Positions 1 to 10,680 of a stretch of DNA of 64,000 bases are shown piece after piece. Numbering within the stretch: position 1 is the stretch's first letter; each line of letters starts with the position of its first letter. The notes under the pieces were generated by a model, which saw nothing but the letters and a program-made list of their open reading frames with translations, was not told where the DNA came from and made no database searches. The stretch is from contig CP060756.1 of the NCBI GenBank assembly GCA_023205875.1, positions 1,302,001 through 1,366,000 on the forward strand, given 5' to 3'. This DNA comes from Chloropicon primus. Its lineage: Eukaryota. A program made the position numbers and the translations under genes.

Positions 1-390
1 GGTAGTACGTTTTCCCTGACTCCGGGTCGTTGAGCTCCTCCCAAGCGTACTTCTCCGGTACGTCCCAAGTCGTCCCCTTCGTTTCAGGGTCCACGTAGTA
101 GTACTCGGCGTGCTCGCTGGACCAGTGTCGGTACTCGGGGTAGTGCCAAACGGATTCTCCGGTCACCTGCAGTGGCGAATCGAGGCGCGATCAGTCAGTC
201 GAAGAGATGCGGTGCGCGAGGACACGAGAGAAAGGTTGGGACTGTCGATCCCCAACGTTTTTGCGAAAACTACCTCGTTGTGCCAAAAAAATTGGTCTTG
301 CTGTTGACAGTGAACAAGGGAGGACAAGCAGAGGAGAAGGAGAGCCGCTGCGAGGACGAGCACGCTCGCGAGGCGTTGGCTCGCCCTCAT
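1..390 (-). CDS. Signal-peptide protein with tandem WW-like repeats (3' end runs off the window)
   Basis: ATG at 390 (MRASQRLASVLVLAAALLLLCLSSLVHC, hydrophobic signal). GT-AG intron 273..167 joins FFWHNE|VTGESVWHYP...EYYYVDPETKGTTWDVPEKYAWEELNDPESGKTYY, matching the WW pattern (YY..xxTxxTxWxxP). Confidence 0.7.
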
Positions 391-662
391 TCTCACGCCA
401 AGGAGCATCTCCATCTCGATTGTGTTGGCCTTCCCCGTCCGAACGCCGAGCCCGACTTCAAGCAGACGACGTCGTACAATTCTTTCGATCTTTCTTCGAA
501 AAGTTTTGGTGGAGGGGTCTGCGAGTTTTGCGAGTGCGCGGTGGGACAAAGAAAACTCCGATTTATTACAAGAGGAGACCAAAGACGACAGCGACAAACA
601 ACAAACCCTCGCCACCACCGCCATATCGGCATAATCGCAAGCAAAGGCAATCCTTTGGTCAC

Positions 663-1528
663 TCACATCCACCACTTTAGTCTTTTGTCCGTGGCCATGG
701 CCTGGTAAATGGCAGTGAGCTGCTCACTCGTCTCCACGGTGCAGGGACCTATAGTCACGGAGGTGTACTTCCCCCCAGAGCTGCTCTTCGACTTCACTTT
801 GTCGTCCGGGATTGACTGACCCAGGATGGACTCGACTGCGGCGACCATCGCGGCCTGGAAATCAGACCCGCCGGTTCCTATGGCGTTGAATTTCCGCTCT
901 ATGGGGTACTTGTTAACCTTCTCGTCGATCTCCTTCCAACCTTCCGCCGAGGTGTCGTCCGACAGAACGAGGTGGGACTTTGGATCCCTCCCGCTGTTCA
1001 TCGACACTTCGCCCAACGTCTGCAACAGAGCCTCCGTGTTGGAGACGTCCCCCTCAGGATCCGCGTTCGCGAGATTCCTGGAAGAGCTCCCGAACCCCTT
1101 GGAAGGTCTACTCGCATGGGAGGATCCGTTTCGAAGGGTAATCGACGAGAACACGACGCGCGCGCAGCAGAGACGAAGAACAATGGTGTTGTCAGAGGAA
1201 GCAGCCAAAAACAAACTCGCGAGGCGGGCAAGACAAGGAAAGGACTGCGTGCGTCGTCTTACCTCTGCGCCTGCCCTTTGCCCCTGAGACCCTTCTTCCC
1301 TTCGGCTTCGCCCCCCTTGCCGTCCGTGCTGGAGCACGCGGCCGCGATGTTCCTGGTGAACACCCTGCCTTCGCTCCCCCACCCGAATGGAGTCCTCCTC
1401 CGTGCCTGTGCCCATAAGAGTGGCATCCGGGGCGTGGACGAGACCCCGAGCTTCTCCACTCGCAGTTGCCCCCCCAAACTCCTCAGACACTGGCGAGCGC
1501 CCAACCTGACGAAGGTCCTCGAGTTCAT
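663..1528 (-). CDS. DUF493/YbeD-like protein, probably organelle-targeted
   Basis: Exon 1 1528..1263 is transit-peptide-like; intron 1262..1108 (gtaag...tag); exon 2 contains KVNKYPIERKFNAIGTGG...SSGGKYTSVTIGP...AIYQAM, typical of DUF493. Confidence 0.75.
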
Positions 1529-2081
1529 ACCGTCTCGACAACACACGCTACAACCGGGCTTGATAGATGTAGAGGCTCAATGATGATGACGGACTATTCC
1601 CTCGTCTTCCTTCTCGCTGTTCCCAAACCCCGCCTCCTTTCGCTTCCCTGCCCTGTGCAGTCGAGATCCTCTCCCTTCCTCTGTTCTTCCCCTTCCTCCC
1701 TCCCCCCTCCCCCGACCAAGGCCTCGCCCTTTCCTTATCCACAACTGGGCCGCCAACGCCCAAGCCAAGAGAAGCTTCCCCGCCAGCTGACGATTGGCGC
1801 CAATCGAGGGTTGAGTTGAGGAGAGAGGAGAGTGGAGAGAGTGGAGTGGTGTCCTGGCGAGGAGGGATTGGGAAAGGGAGGACGGGAGGACGAGTGTCCC
1901 TTGTGGTTGGGAATTGCAAGTGGAAGATCGAGTCGGTTTCGGTTGCGGAGGCTAGGCGACAGACGGAGAACGAGGTGGTTAGGGGAGGGCTTGGGCGTGA
2001 TTCTTCGTGGAACGACGGGGAGAGGTTACCAGGGGAAGGGGGGAGGGAGTCGTAGGACGGGGGCGCGAGAGAGGGGGAGAG

Positions 2082-3734
2082 ATGTTGGAGCTAGATCTGA
2101 GCCCTGGGAAGCTGGTGCTCCACAAAATCGATGGGTACCCTCCGTGGCCGTGTAGGATCATATCTTGGGACTTGTATGATCAGACGGATCCCTGTCAGCT
2201 GACGGTTCCGGAGGCACTCCAGGGCGACGCAGTGGACGAGGAGGTCACGAGGCGGGACGTGCTCCTCCTGTACCTGGGCAAGGCGATAGACTTCAGTTCC
2301 GAAACGAGGACGTCAAAGAGCCTCGTGGACTGGAACGCGTTGAAGGGTGACTTGAGCTCCGTGAGCGCCTCTGAGGACCTGGTGGCCCTCGCACAGAAGT
2401 ACAAGGCGGGAGGTCACTTTCCGGAAACCCTGCACCCCACTTTCGAGTTCGAGGAATACATGCCAGCCCTGCGGGAAGCGTTCGAGCTGGACGAGAAAGC
2501 AGGAGACAGAGAGTGGTTCTTCAACACGTACGGCGCTGAGAAGTACAAGTACAGCGACACGTGGGTGCAAGGCGAGGAGTACGCGCAGATGAAAGCGGCC
2601 TTCGAGCGCAAGAAGGAGGAGCACGCGGCAAAAGGGGGAGAAAAGGCGGGCGGCCAGCTCGAGGATCCCAGATCAGCGATGAAGAAGCTGGCTGAGAGGA
2701 AGAGAAAGCAGAGGGAATTGGAAGAGGGCCACGCCGCGGAGGAGGAGGACGAAGACTATCGGTACACCTCGTCCGGGAGGAACGGGAGGGGAGGGTCTGC
2801 AATGGAGGACGAGGACTACGAGGTGGACGCAGGGGAGGGCGGCGAGAAGAAGGCCGCCAAGAAGAAGAAGGTGGCACAACCTGCCGGAAAGATGCAAAGG
2901 ACGGGCAAAGCGACGGCCAGCACAAGCAAACCAATCAGCGTGAAAGGCTCGGAGAAGTTGAGGGAAGATTCCAAGAGGAAGGCGTGGACCATGGAAGAGT
3001 GGAAGGAGCACTTCAAGATGGTGAAGACCATTCTTTCTGGCGACAACTACGACAAGACCGCGAAATACTCGGCGGAGACCCTTGACGCCTGTCATATCTT
3101 TGCTTCAGAATACATGGAGAAGCTGGAGAAGGTGAATCTCAAGCTGAAGAAGCTGGAGGAGTTCAAGCACAATTGCGAGAAGGACCTCGAGAGCATCAGC
3201 GGCGATCTCAAGATCGTATCCAACGATTTGCTGAAGAAGTGGGACAAGTACGGTAAAGACGAGCACATATCCCAAGGCTTTAAATTGGGAAAGCTCGTGC
3301 AGAGGTTCAGAAAGCATAACGCGCCCTTCTTGAAATCCAAGTACGGCCAAGTTATCGGGGAGGAATTCACTGCCGTGATCGAAAACTGGACGAAGAAGTT
3401 CTCGGGCCAGCAAAACCAGCAACAAGAAGGCAACAAGTCCCTGGTCACTCTGTCGCCCAAGCACGGGCACTGGAACAGGGAGAGGTGCTCGAACATGCTC
3501 GCGATGCTCTTCCAGAACGAGAACTTGAGGGCGTCCATCGGAATGGACATCGAGGAAGAGCTTTATGGTCGGCACGGCGAGGAGGGCATGGAGGCCTACC
3601 AGGAGGACATCAAGAAGGTCTACAGCGCACTGAAGGGTGATGGGGAGAATGATACGAAAACCCCGGTCATGACTGACCTGCAAGAGGGAAAGATCAGCCC
3701 AGCTGAGTTCGTCTCTCGTGTAACAAAGCACTGA
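2082..3734 (+). CDS. PWWP-domain chromatin protein with TFIIS-N-like and TFIIS-central-like regions
   Basis: N-terminal LVLHKIDGYPPWPCRI (PWWP). LGKLVQRFRKH...VIENWTK resembles TFIIS-N/IWS1; RERCSNML...IEEELY...GKISPAEFV resembles TFIIS domain II. Confidence 0.65.
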   Translation: MLELDLSPGKLVLHKIDGYPPWPCRIISWDLYDQTDPCQLTVPEALQGDAVDEEVTRRDVLLLYLGKAIDFSSETRTSKSLVDWNALKGDLSSVSASEDLVALAQKYKAGGHFPETLHPTFEFEEYMPALREAFELDEKAGDREWFFNTYGAEKYKYSDTWVQGEEYAQMKAAFERKKEEHAAKGGEKAGGQLEDPRSAMKKLAERKRKQRELEEGHAAEEEDEDYRYTSSGRNGRGGSAMEDEDYEVDAGEGGEKKAAKKKKVAQPAGKMQRTGKATASTSKPISVKGSEKLREDSKRKAWTMEEWKEHFKMVKTILSGDNYDKTAKYSAETLDACHIFASEYMEKLEKVNLKLKKLEEFKHNCEKDLESISGDLKIVSNDLLKKWDKYGKDEHISQGFKLGKLVQRFRKHNAPFLKSKYGQVIGEEFTAVIENWTKKFSGQQNQQQEGNKSLVTLSPKHGHWNRERCSNMLAMLFQNENLRASIGMDIEEELYGRHGEEGMEAYQEDIKKVYSALKGDGENDTKTPVMTDLQEGKISPAEFVSRVTKH

Positions 3735-3879
3735 TTGTTTCTGTAATTTACTTGTCCAGTAAAATAGAAAGACGTTCCATAATCTCTTGGCCTTCCCCAC
3801 TACAAACCCAAGCTCTCTCCTTCTCGGGAGAGCGGGCTGTCGGGCTGTTGAGGAGGGGTTGCAGACTTGAAGGGAAGAC

Positions 3880-4770
3880 ATGGCGCTGCGACGAAGCGCC
3901 AGAGTGGCTGCGTTGGCGTCACCGCTGAAGGCAGCGGCGCCTCTGATCGCGAAGAAGGCCACCGGCAAGGGGAGGCCGACCACGAAAGCCAAGGGGAAGG
4001 CCGCAGTCAGGGGGAAAGCTACCAAGAGCACAGCGAGCACATCGTCTGCGAGGAGGCCTGGGGTTGGTCCCACGCGAGACCACGAGAGGAGGAAGTGGGC
4101 GAAGGGTTTCAAATTGGTCGCTGGGGTGGATGAAGCGGGAAGAGGTCCTCTCGTTGGTCCGGTCGTGGCTGCAGCTTGCGTGCTGAGCAGGGACCTCGAC
4201 CTGAACTTGGCTGGTCTCGATGACAGCAAGAAGATGACCGAGGAGCAGAGGGAGGAGTGCTTCGAGGTGCTGACGTCCAATCCAGACGCGATCTCGTACG
4301 CTTGGCACTCGATCGACGCGAAGGAGATCGACGAGATCAACATCCTGCAGGCAAGCCTCAAGGCCATGGAGTTGGCGGTCTCGAAACTGCCAACGAAGCC
4401 TGACTACGTCCTTATCGACGGCAACAGGTAAGGAGCTCGCTTTTGGATCTGCCCCCGTGCTGCTTCCCAGCCTGACTGACACCCCCATTCGCGCCGTCCT
4501 CTTCCCTCCTGCAGGATTCCCAAAAACCTCAGCCCAGACACGACGGAGGCGATAGTGAAGGGAGACGGCAAGAGCATAGCCATAGCGGCGGCGAGCGTCA
4601 TCGCCAAGGTGGTGCGAGACAGGATGATGTTCGACCTTCATAAGGAGTACCCACAGTATGGTTTCGACAAGCACAAGGGCTATGGGGTGCCCCAGCACCT
4701 CCAGGCGATCAGGAAACACGGTCCATGTCCCCACCACAGAAGGACCTTTGCGCCGATCAAGTACATGTAA
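3880..4770 (+). CDS. rnhB: Ribonuclease HII (bacterial-type, with N-terminal targeting extension)
   Basis: [69 protein letters not shown]; intron 4428..4514. Confidence 0.93.
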
Positions 4771-4840
4771 ACAAAACGGGAATGGGGAATGGTACCAGGA
4801 TTATAATAAACTATAACTAACGCTACCGCTCCCACTCCGC

Positions 4841-5816
4841 TTATGCGCGCGGCACCTTTTCGTCCATGAGTCTCTTCATCTGCTCGTACAGAAACCACAT
4901 TGTTATGTTGAAGCTCCCAACTCGCAAAAAGTTGGGCCAAAAACCTGCGTTATGCGTTCATCGAAGGGAGAGGAAGGAAGGGGTGTCAGCTTGCTGGAGT
5001 CAATCGATAATCGATGCAGCCAGAGGAGGGCGGCTTACCCTTGTAGAAAGCCAAGAAGCCTTCGGTTTTCACCATCTTCACCGCGATCTCAGAGGCCCTG
5101 AGTCCCCCGTAACGGCCTTGCTTCTGCATCGCTTTGGTCGCCAGAATGTCCGGCGGGCTGCCCAGCACCGTTGCGACGAGCCCTGCGATGCACCCCGACG
5201 CCAAGTGGAGGCGCCAGTCGTCCGCCACGCCGCCGACCCTGATCAGCGTCTTCTTCGCCTGCTCGTAGGAGATGATCTCGCTCGCCGAGATCACCGAGTT
5301 GCGAATCAGGTTCGCGGTGAAGCCCTTGTACAGGCCGCCTCGCAAGCCCTCCGTGCTCACGATGTGCCGGTAGTTGCGCATGGCGCCGCCCCGCAGACCG
5401 TGCGCTTGGCATCGCACCTTGAGGACGTCGGAAGGGTTCGCCGCAGCGATCCCGAGGGCCGACGTCAGAACAGCCAGGGAAACCCTCCCGCCAAGCGTCG
5501 CCTCCCCGCCGCCCCCCTCGGCGGCGGCGTGCACCTTCAGCGTGTCGTAGAGCCCCAAGCGAATCGTCGTGAACAAGGCCTGCCGGTGCAGACCCGGGAT
5601 CAGGCCGTTCCAAAGCGAGCCCAAACCCTCCTGCCTCACCATCAACCGCATCGCGTGCGAGACGCCCCTGTACTTTCTAGGTTTGTACGTCTCCGACAGA
5701 GACTGGAGCTGCAAACGGACCTTCGCCGTGTCCAGCGGGAGGGTGGCAAACTCCGACGCGCACGCTGCCAGCCCCGCAGAGACGAACACCTTGCCACTCC
5801 CCCCTGGCTCCTTCAT
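4841..5816 (-). CDS. UCP: Mitochondrial carrier, uncoupling-protein (UCP) type
   Basis: Three carrier signatures (PLDTAKVRLQ, PSDVLKVR, PPDILATK), plus GLHRQALFTTIRLGLYD. Intron 5038..4945 gives FYKG|FWPNFLRVGSFNITMWFLYEQMK; stop at 4841. Confidence 0.87.
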
Positions 5817-6044
5817 CCCTCGACCTCGACCACGGCCCTGTCTTCTCGGCTTCTCTTCTCTTTGTAACGCTCGCCCTCGGCGGCCGGGGACTGGGAGAAT
5901 TTTTTTTGGGCGTCGGGTTGGAGGAGGCAGAGCAAAAACAGCAGAGCTTTGGAGTGAGCATATTATGGTTGTTTCGAATAGAATGGGTATATAAATGAGT
6001 AATAATAATGATTGGGTAAAGGAGGACAAGACTCCCTTCCTTTC

Positions 6045-7260
6045 TTAAGAGTCTCTGACAACACCGAGTCGCGCCATGATGCTTCCCAGCCCCTTCAGCT
6101 CGCCGTTCGCTCTCATCTTGTTCTCCCCCTTCTGCTTGGCGACGAACGCCTTGAAAGCCAGTATCGTCTTTTCGATGTGGGGCCACCTCACTTGGTGGTG
6201 AGTCTAGGATTCAAAGAGGTCCGCGCGATCGTGTCAGTCGAACAACAAAATCAAATCCTCGTTCAGTTTCTCTCTCGTTCGTTTCACTCACCGCAAGACG
6301 CAAGAGTCCCCGCCCGCACGCGGCGCAGAGCACGCCATCCTCCTTGAGGGCCTCGACGACCTCGTCCGTGTCAGCGCACACCCTGCTGACGTCAACGATC
6401 ACCATGTTGGTCTCGATGGCTTCGACGGCCACGGTCAGACCCTCGAGCTCGTGAAGAGCTTTTCCCAGGCGCTTGGCGCACTCGTGGTCCTCGGCGAGGT
6501 GGCTGGGCATCTTCTTCAGGGCGATCAGTCCCGGGGCGGCCAGCACCCCGACCTGCCTCAGCTGCCCGCCCAATGCCTTCCTCATCCTGTGGCACTTGCG
6601 GATGAAGTCCTTCGTTCCCACGATGACGCTCCCGACGGGTGCCCCCAAGGCCTTGGAGAGGCAGAAGGACACCGTGTCGAAGTGCTCCGCGACCTGGGCC
6701 GGGGTCACCCCCAAGCGAGTCACCGCGTTCATCACCCTCGCCCCGTCGAGGTGGAGGGGGAGACCGTGCGCGTCCGCGAGGGCCTTGACGCTCCTCATGT
6801 ACTCCAAGCTCAAAACCCGCCCCCCGCAGTGATTCTGGGTGTTCTCAAGGCATATTAGCCTGGTCCTGGGGAAGTGCGGGTCGTCCCGCCTGATCGCGTA
6901 CTCGATGTCCTTCAAGTCGATCGTCCCGTCCGAGTTGTTCGGCAGCTGACGGGGGTGCACGCCACCGAGCGTCGCCAAGCCGCCCTGCTCGTAAAGACAA
7001 ATGTGACTCAGGCTTCCGACGATGGCTTCGCTCGAGCGGAGCTCGCAGTGGCACAGGACCGAGATCAGATTCGCCATGATGCCGGTTGGCGTGAACAAGC
7101 CCGCCTCCTTCCCAAACAAGTTCGCCGCCTCCCTCTCCAGCTCCTTCACCGTGTCATCATCACCCCAACCGTCGTCGCCAAAGGTCTGCACCTTGGCTAT
7201 CGCCTCCAGCATCTCCTTCGTCGGCTTCGTCACCGTGTCGCTCCTCAGGTCCACCCTCAT
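6045..7260 (-). CDS. ltaE: Low-specificity L-threonine aldolase
   Basis: VDLRSDTVTKP, PTGIMANL, LENTQN, HLDGAR, CLSKALGAPVGS (PLP lysine). Intron 6291..6204 gives RLA|THHQV; stop at 6045. Confidence 0.93.
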
Positions 7261-7307
7261 CTCCCTCCCAAGTCGAACGCGCAAGTCGGTTTTTGAGTCC
7301 TTGTGGG

Positions 7308-7309
<2 letters not shown>

Positions 7310-7352
<43 letters not shown>
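7310..7352. repeat. (TC)n microsatellite in the divergent ltaE/hydroxylase intergenic region
   Basis: Uninterrupted tc dinucleotide run. Confidence 0.9.
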
Positions 7353-7354
<2 letters not shown>

Positions 7355-7477
7355 CGCCAATCCCTGGAGATCCTGCTTTCCCGCGAATATGCGAGGCAGA
7401 AGGCGGGTAACGGCCGTGGGCGTTGTTGTTGTTGTTGTTGTTGCGCGCGCGCGTGTGTGTGTGTTTGGGGTGCGAAG

Positions 7478-8842
7478 ATGGCGCCCAGTGCGGTGGCGAC
7501 GTTGCTTTATGGGGTGGTGTACCCCGTGTCTGCTTACATCTTGTTCAGGCTCGTCAGGTGCGAGGCGCTCGGGGACCTCCCTCCCTCCAGCGTGGAAACG
7601 GAAACGTGGCATTGACACTGCTCTCTCTCTCTCTGTATATTTGTGTGTGTGTTTGTCTGCTTGCTTGCGTCGTCCAGGTTCTACGTGGTGGAGAGGAACG
7701 ATCCGTGGTTCTGGGGAGACTTCGGCCTGGGTGCTCCGAGGTCCCACAAGGTGATCCACTTCCTTTTGAAGTGCGGGGCTCTGGTGGTTTCGAACATCCC
7801 GAGCGGGCCGAGGAAGGCGTTGCTCCGCGCGGTCAAGCAGAGCAAACTCTTCGGAGACGCGTCGGCCCTGGACTTTGACTTTGACAACTACGACAGGATC
7901 ATCAAGGCCCCCACCGTGGCGAAGGGTGCCAAGGCGATAGGGATGAGGAAGCTGAGCGAATGGCTTTACAGGCCGCGCCACTTTTCCACGATCGAGTCGG
8001 TCTACACTCACCCCTACTGCAGACCGATCCTCTACATTCCTGGCGTGAGGATGAAGCCCTTCTACCCGCCGAGGTGCAAGGACTTCCCGTGGATCGAGAA
8101 GCTGGAAGCGGCCTCCTCGATCATCCAAGAGGAGTTCCTGAGGCTGTCCGAGACAAACCCTAAAGCGGTGGGCACCTACCTGGTTCCCGAGGACATGACG
8201 ACAAAAGTCGAGGGCTGGCGAACCTTCTTCCTGGTCAATCCGCAGGGCAAGCAGATGGTCGAGAACCAGAAGCTGACTCCGAAGACGTGGGAAATTCTCA
8301 ACACGATCCCGGGCTTCATCCCATCCAACATGACGATGTTCAGCGTCCTTACCCCTGGAGCGGAGATCTTGTCGCACTGCGGACTCACCAACGCAGCCGT
8401 GAGGGTGCACCTGCCGATCATTGTCCCCGAGTCCAACAAGTCGGTCATCAGGGTCGGCCCAAAGGTCAGAACGTGGGAAGAGGGGAAGGTCCTCTGCTTC
8501 AACGACGCTTACGACCACCAAGTTTGGCAGTTCGGAACCAAGGTAAGGCTGCTCTCTCTCTCTCTCTCTCTCTGTCGCTCTCGCTCTTCTCTGACTCGGT
8601 TCTCGGTTCTCTTTCGCTGCTGCTGCTGCTTGGTGCAGACAAGGGTCGTGCTCTTCTTCGACGTCTGGCACCCGGACTTGACCCCGGAGGACCTCGAGGT
8701 GATACAGGAAAGCTGGGACAACATCAAGCTGTCGATGGGCAAAGTGGCCGACGAGTACGAGAAGATGTCCAAAAAGATGATCGAGGCGGATGAAATGGAG
8801 AAGGACGACTGGCTCATCACCGAAAAGCCGAAGACGACGTGA
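7478..8842 (+). CDS. Aspartyl/asparaginyl beta-hydroxylase family (AspH/LpxO-like 2OG-Fe dioxygenase), N-terminal membrane anchor
   Basis: FSVLTPGAEILSHCGLTN..VRVHLPI, WEEGKVLCFNDAYDHQVW, RVVLFFDVWHPDL; introns 7558..7677 and 8543..8638. Confidence 0.88.
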
Positions 8843-8947
8843 GGCGGACTTCGAGGGGGAATGAGCAGGCGAAGAGGAACCCAAATAAGAGGCCCAAGAT
8901 CGAAAGAACTTCAATTGATTTTACACTCTTCTTTATTTTTTTTTGCA

Positions 8948-10333
8948 TCATCTCGTTCGAGACCGCTTGCTTTCCGACCTGGGGGTCATCATCGCCATGT
9001 CATCGAACCTAGAGGGAGTCTTGCGCTTGTTGATGTCTCGCCTCGACCTTCCGCTCGGGTTTGGCAGGTCATCTACCAGCTGCTCCTGCTTTGGCGTTTC
9101 CGCGGCGCCGTCCTGAGACTTGCCTCCACCAGATTTGTCCGCTCCGCCCTTTGGAGTCTTGGGCTCCATGAAGGCGGGAAGCAGAGAGTTCGCCCCCTTG
9201 GACGAGCCCAGCTCGTCCTTCTTGAGCTCCAACAACTCCGCTATCTCGACGTGGAGCTGGATCCACGCCGAGCACGACGCCTGAGTCGCCGCGGTGAGCT
9301 GCGGCAACCCCATCTCCGTCAAAATCGCTTCAAAGACCTTTTGAGTTCGCTGCCCCCCAGGCAGAGCCGCCAGAATTTCCGCGGCGGTCTTCTTGGTGTA
9401 CTTCCTCCTGGGGAAGACGCCAGGGAAAGCAGGCTTCTGCAGTATCCCGGTCGAGGAGCAGAGGGAGGGGTTGTTCCTCTTCTCGAACAAGCCGTAGTTG
9501 CACTCGTGAACCCCCTCATCCACGTGGTCCAGCTTCACCGTTCCCGCCTTCTTCTGCATCGCTATGGACTCCAAGCGCCTGTTCGCCTCGATCTCAGCGG
9601 CCTGCTGCAAGATGACCCTCTCCTCCCTCTCCTGGGCCGCCGAGCGAGACATCACAATCTCCAAGGCTTTCTTCCTCTCCCTCTCGTGCTCGGCGTTGAA
9701 GGGGTTCTTCACGATCGGGTCGTGGGCCGCCGCCTTCTCGCTCCCTTCCCTGGAGATCACGAGCTTCCTGGCTATGCTGTAGTACCGGTCCTTGAGGTCC
9801 TCCACCCGCCGAGTGACGCCCGAGTTGAAGTTGTACCTGTCCGCAATCACGACGAAGCGCAGGTCGAAGCGCTCGCACATGTCCATCAAGTAGTCCGTCT
9901 CCTCCCGGCTCCACGACGGGTCCCCGCTGAACAGGGTGCGGTACTCCTCGTCGTCGTACCTGTACAGCTTGATCTTCTTGTTGTACTTGGAGAACACGTA
10001 CTCCCCGTCCGCCCCCATGGTGCCCATCTTCCCCTCCGGGGCACCGTGAATGCGCTCCCAGTGGTAGAGCTCCAGGCCGTCCGCCCTCGCCGCGTTCTTG
10101 AAAAGCTTCCACCTCCACTGCGACCGGATCCTCGCCTTCTCCTTCTCGGCCTTCTTCGTCAACTGCCCGAGCACGGAAGGCATGATGGGGTGGCTCTGGT
10201 CAAGAAGAGCGAAAGCTTCGCGGGACATCCCCTTCGGTACCTTCATCGCGGGCGCTTTGGTCGTCGGGCGCTTCTCCTCCGACCCTCCCGCCGCCTGCCG
10301 CGGCAGTCCCAATATATCCTTCACGTCCGACAT
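8948..10333 (-). CDS. SWC4: SWR1/NuA4 complex subunit SWC4 (DMAP1)
   Basis: MSDVKDILG, GMSREAFALL, W..F.NAARADGLELYHW, YVFSKYNK, WSREETDYLMDMCERFDLRFVVIADRY, VEDLKDRYY (SANT domain). Confidence 0.93.
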   Translation of the reverse strand: MSDVKDILGLPRQAAGGSEEKRPTTKAPAMKVPKGMSREAFALLDQSHPIMPSVLGQLTKKAEKEKARIRSQWRWKLFKNAARADGLELYHWERIHGAPEGKMGTMGADGEYVFSKYNKKIKLYRYDDEEYRTLFSGDPSWSREETDYLMDMCERFDLRFVVIADRYNFNSGVTRRVEDLKDRYYSIARKLVISREGSEKAAAHDPIVKNPFNAEHERERKKALEIVMSRSAAQEREERVILQQAAEIEANRRLESIAMQKKAGTVKLDHVDEGVHECNYGLFEKRNNPSLCSSTGILQKPAFPGVFPRRKYTKKTAAEILAALPGGQRTQKVFEAILTEMGLPQLTAATQASCSAWIQLHVEIAELLELKKDELGSSKGANSLLPAFMEPKTPKGGADKSGGGKSQDGAAETPKQEQLVDDLPNPSGRSRRDINKRKTPSRFDDMAMMTPRSESKRSRTR

Positions 10334-10680
10334 CGCGATTCCACACTCCCCCTCCTGCGCTCTTTCTCTCCTCCAGCCCTCGCCCCGCGGTCGTTTCCTT
10401 CGTGCGACGGACCGAACGAAAGCTCACGAGACGCTCTTTCCGCCCGCACCACTTTCTCCCCCTTCCTCCCCCGTCCCCCTTCCGTCCTCCTCGTCCCCTT
10501 CCTCCCCCTCTCGTCGTCTCTCTCCCCAAAGCCGAGGCCAAGGTGAACGAACCCTAACAATTGAGATTGAGGGGCTTCTTTCAAAATTGGCCAGCGCTTC
10601 TGATCTTGGCGCTGTACGACGACAGACGGACGAAGAGGGCCAAGGTGGAAGAGGGGAGAGAGGAATAGGAGGGGTGCACG

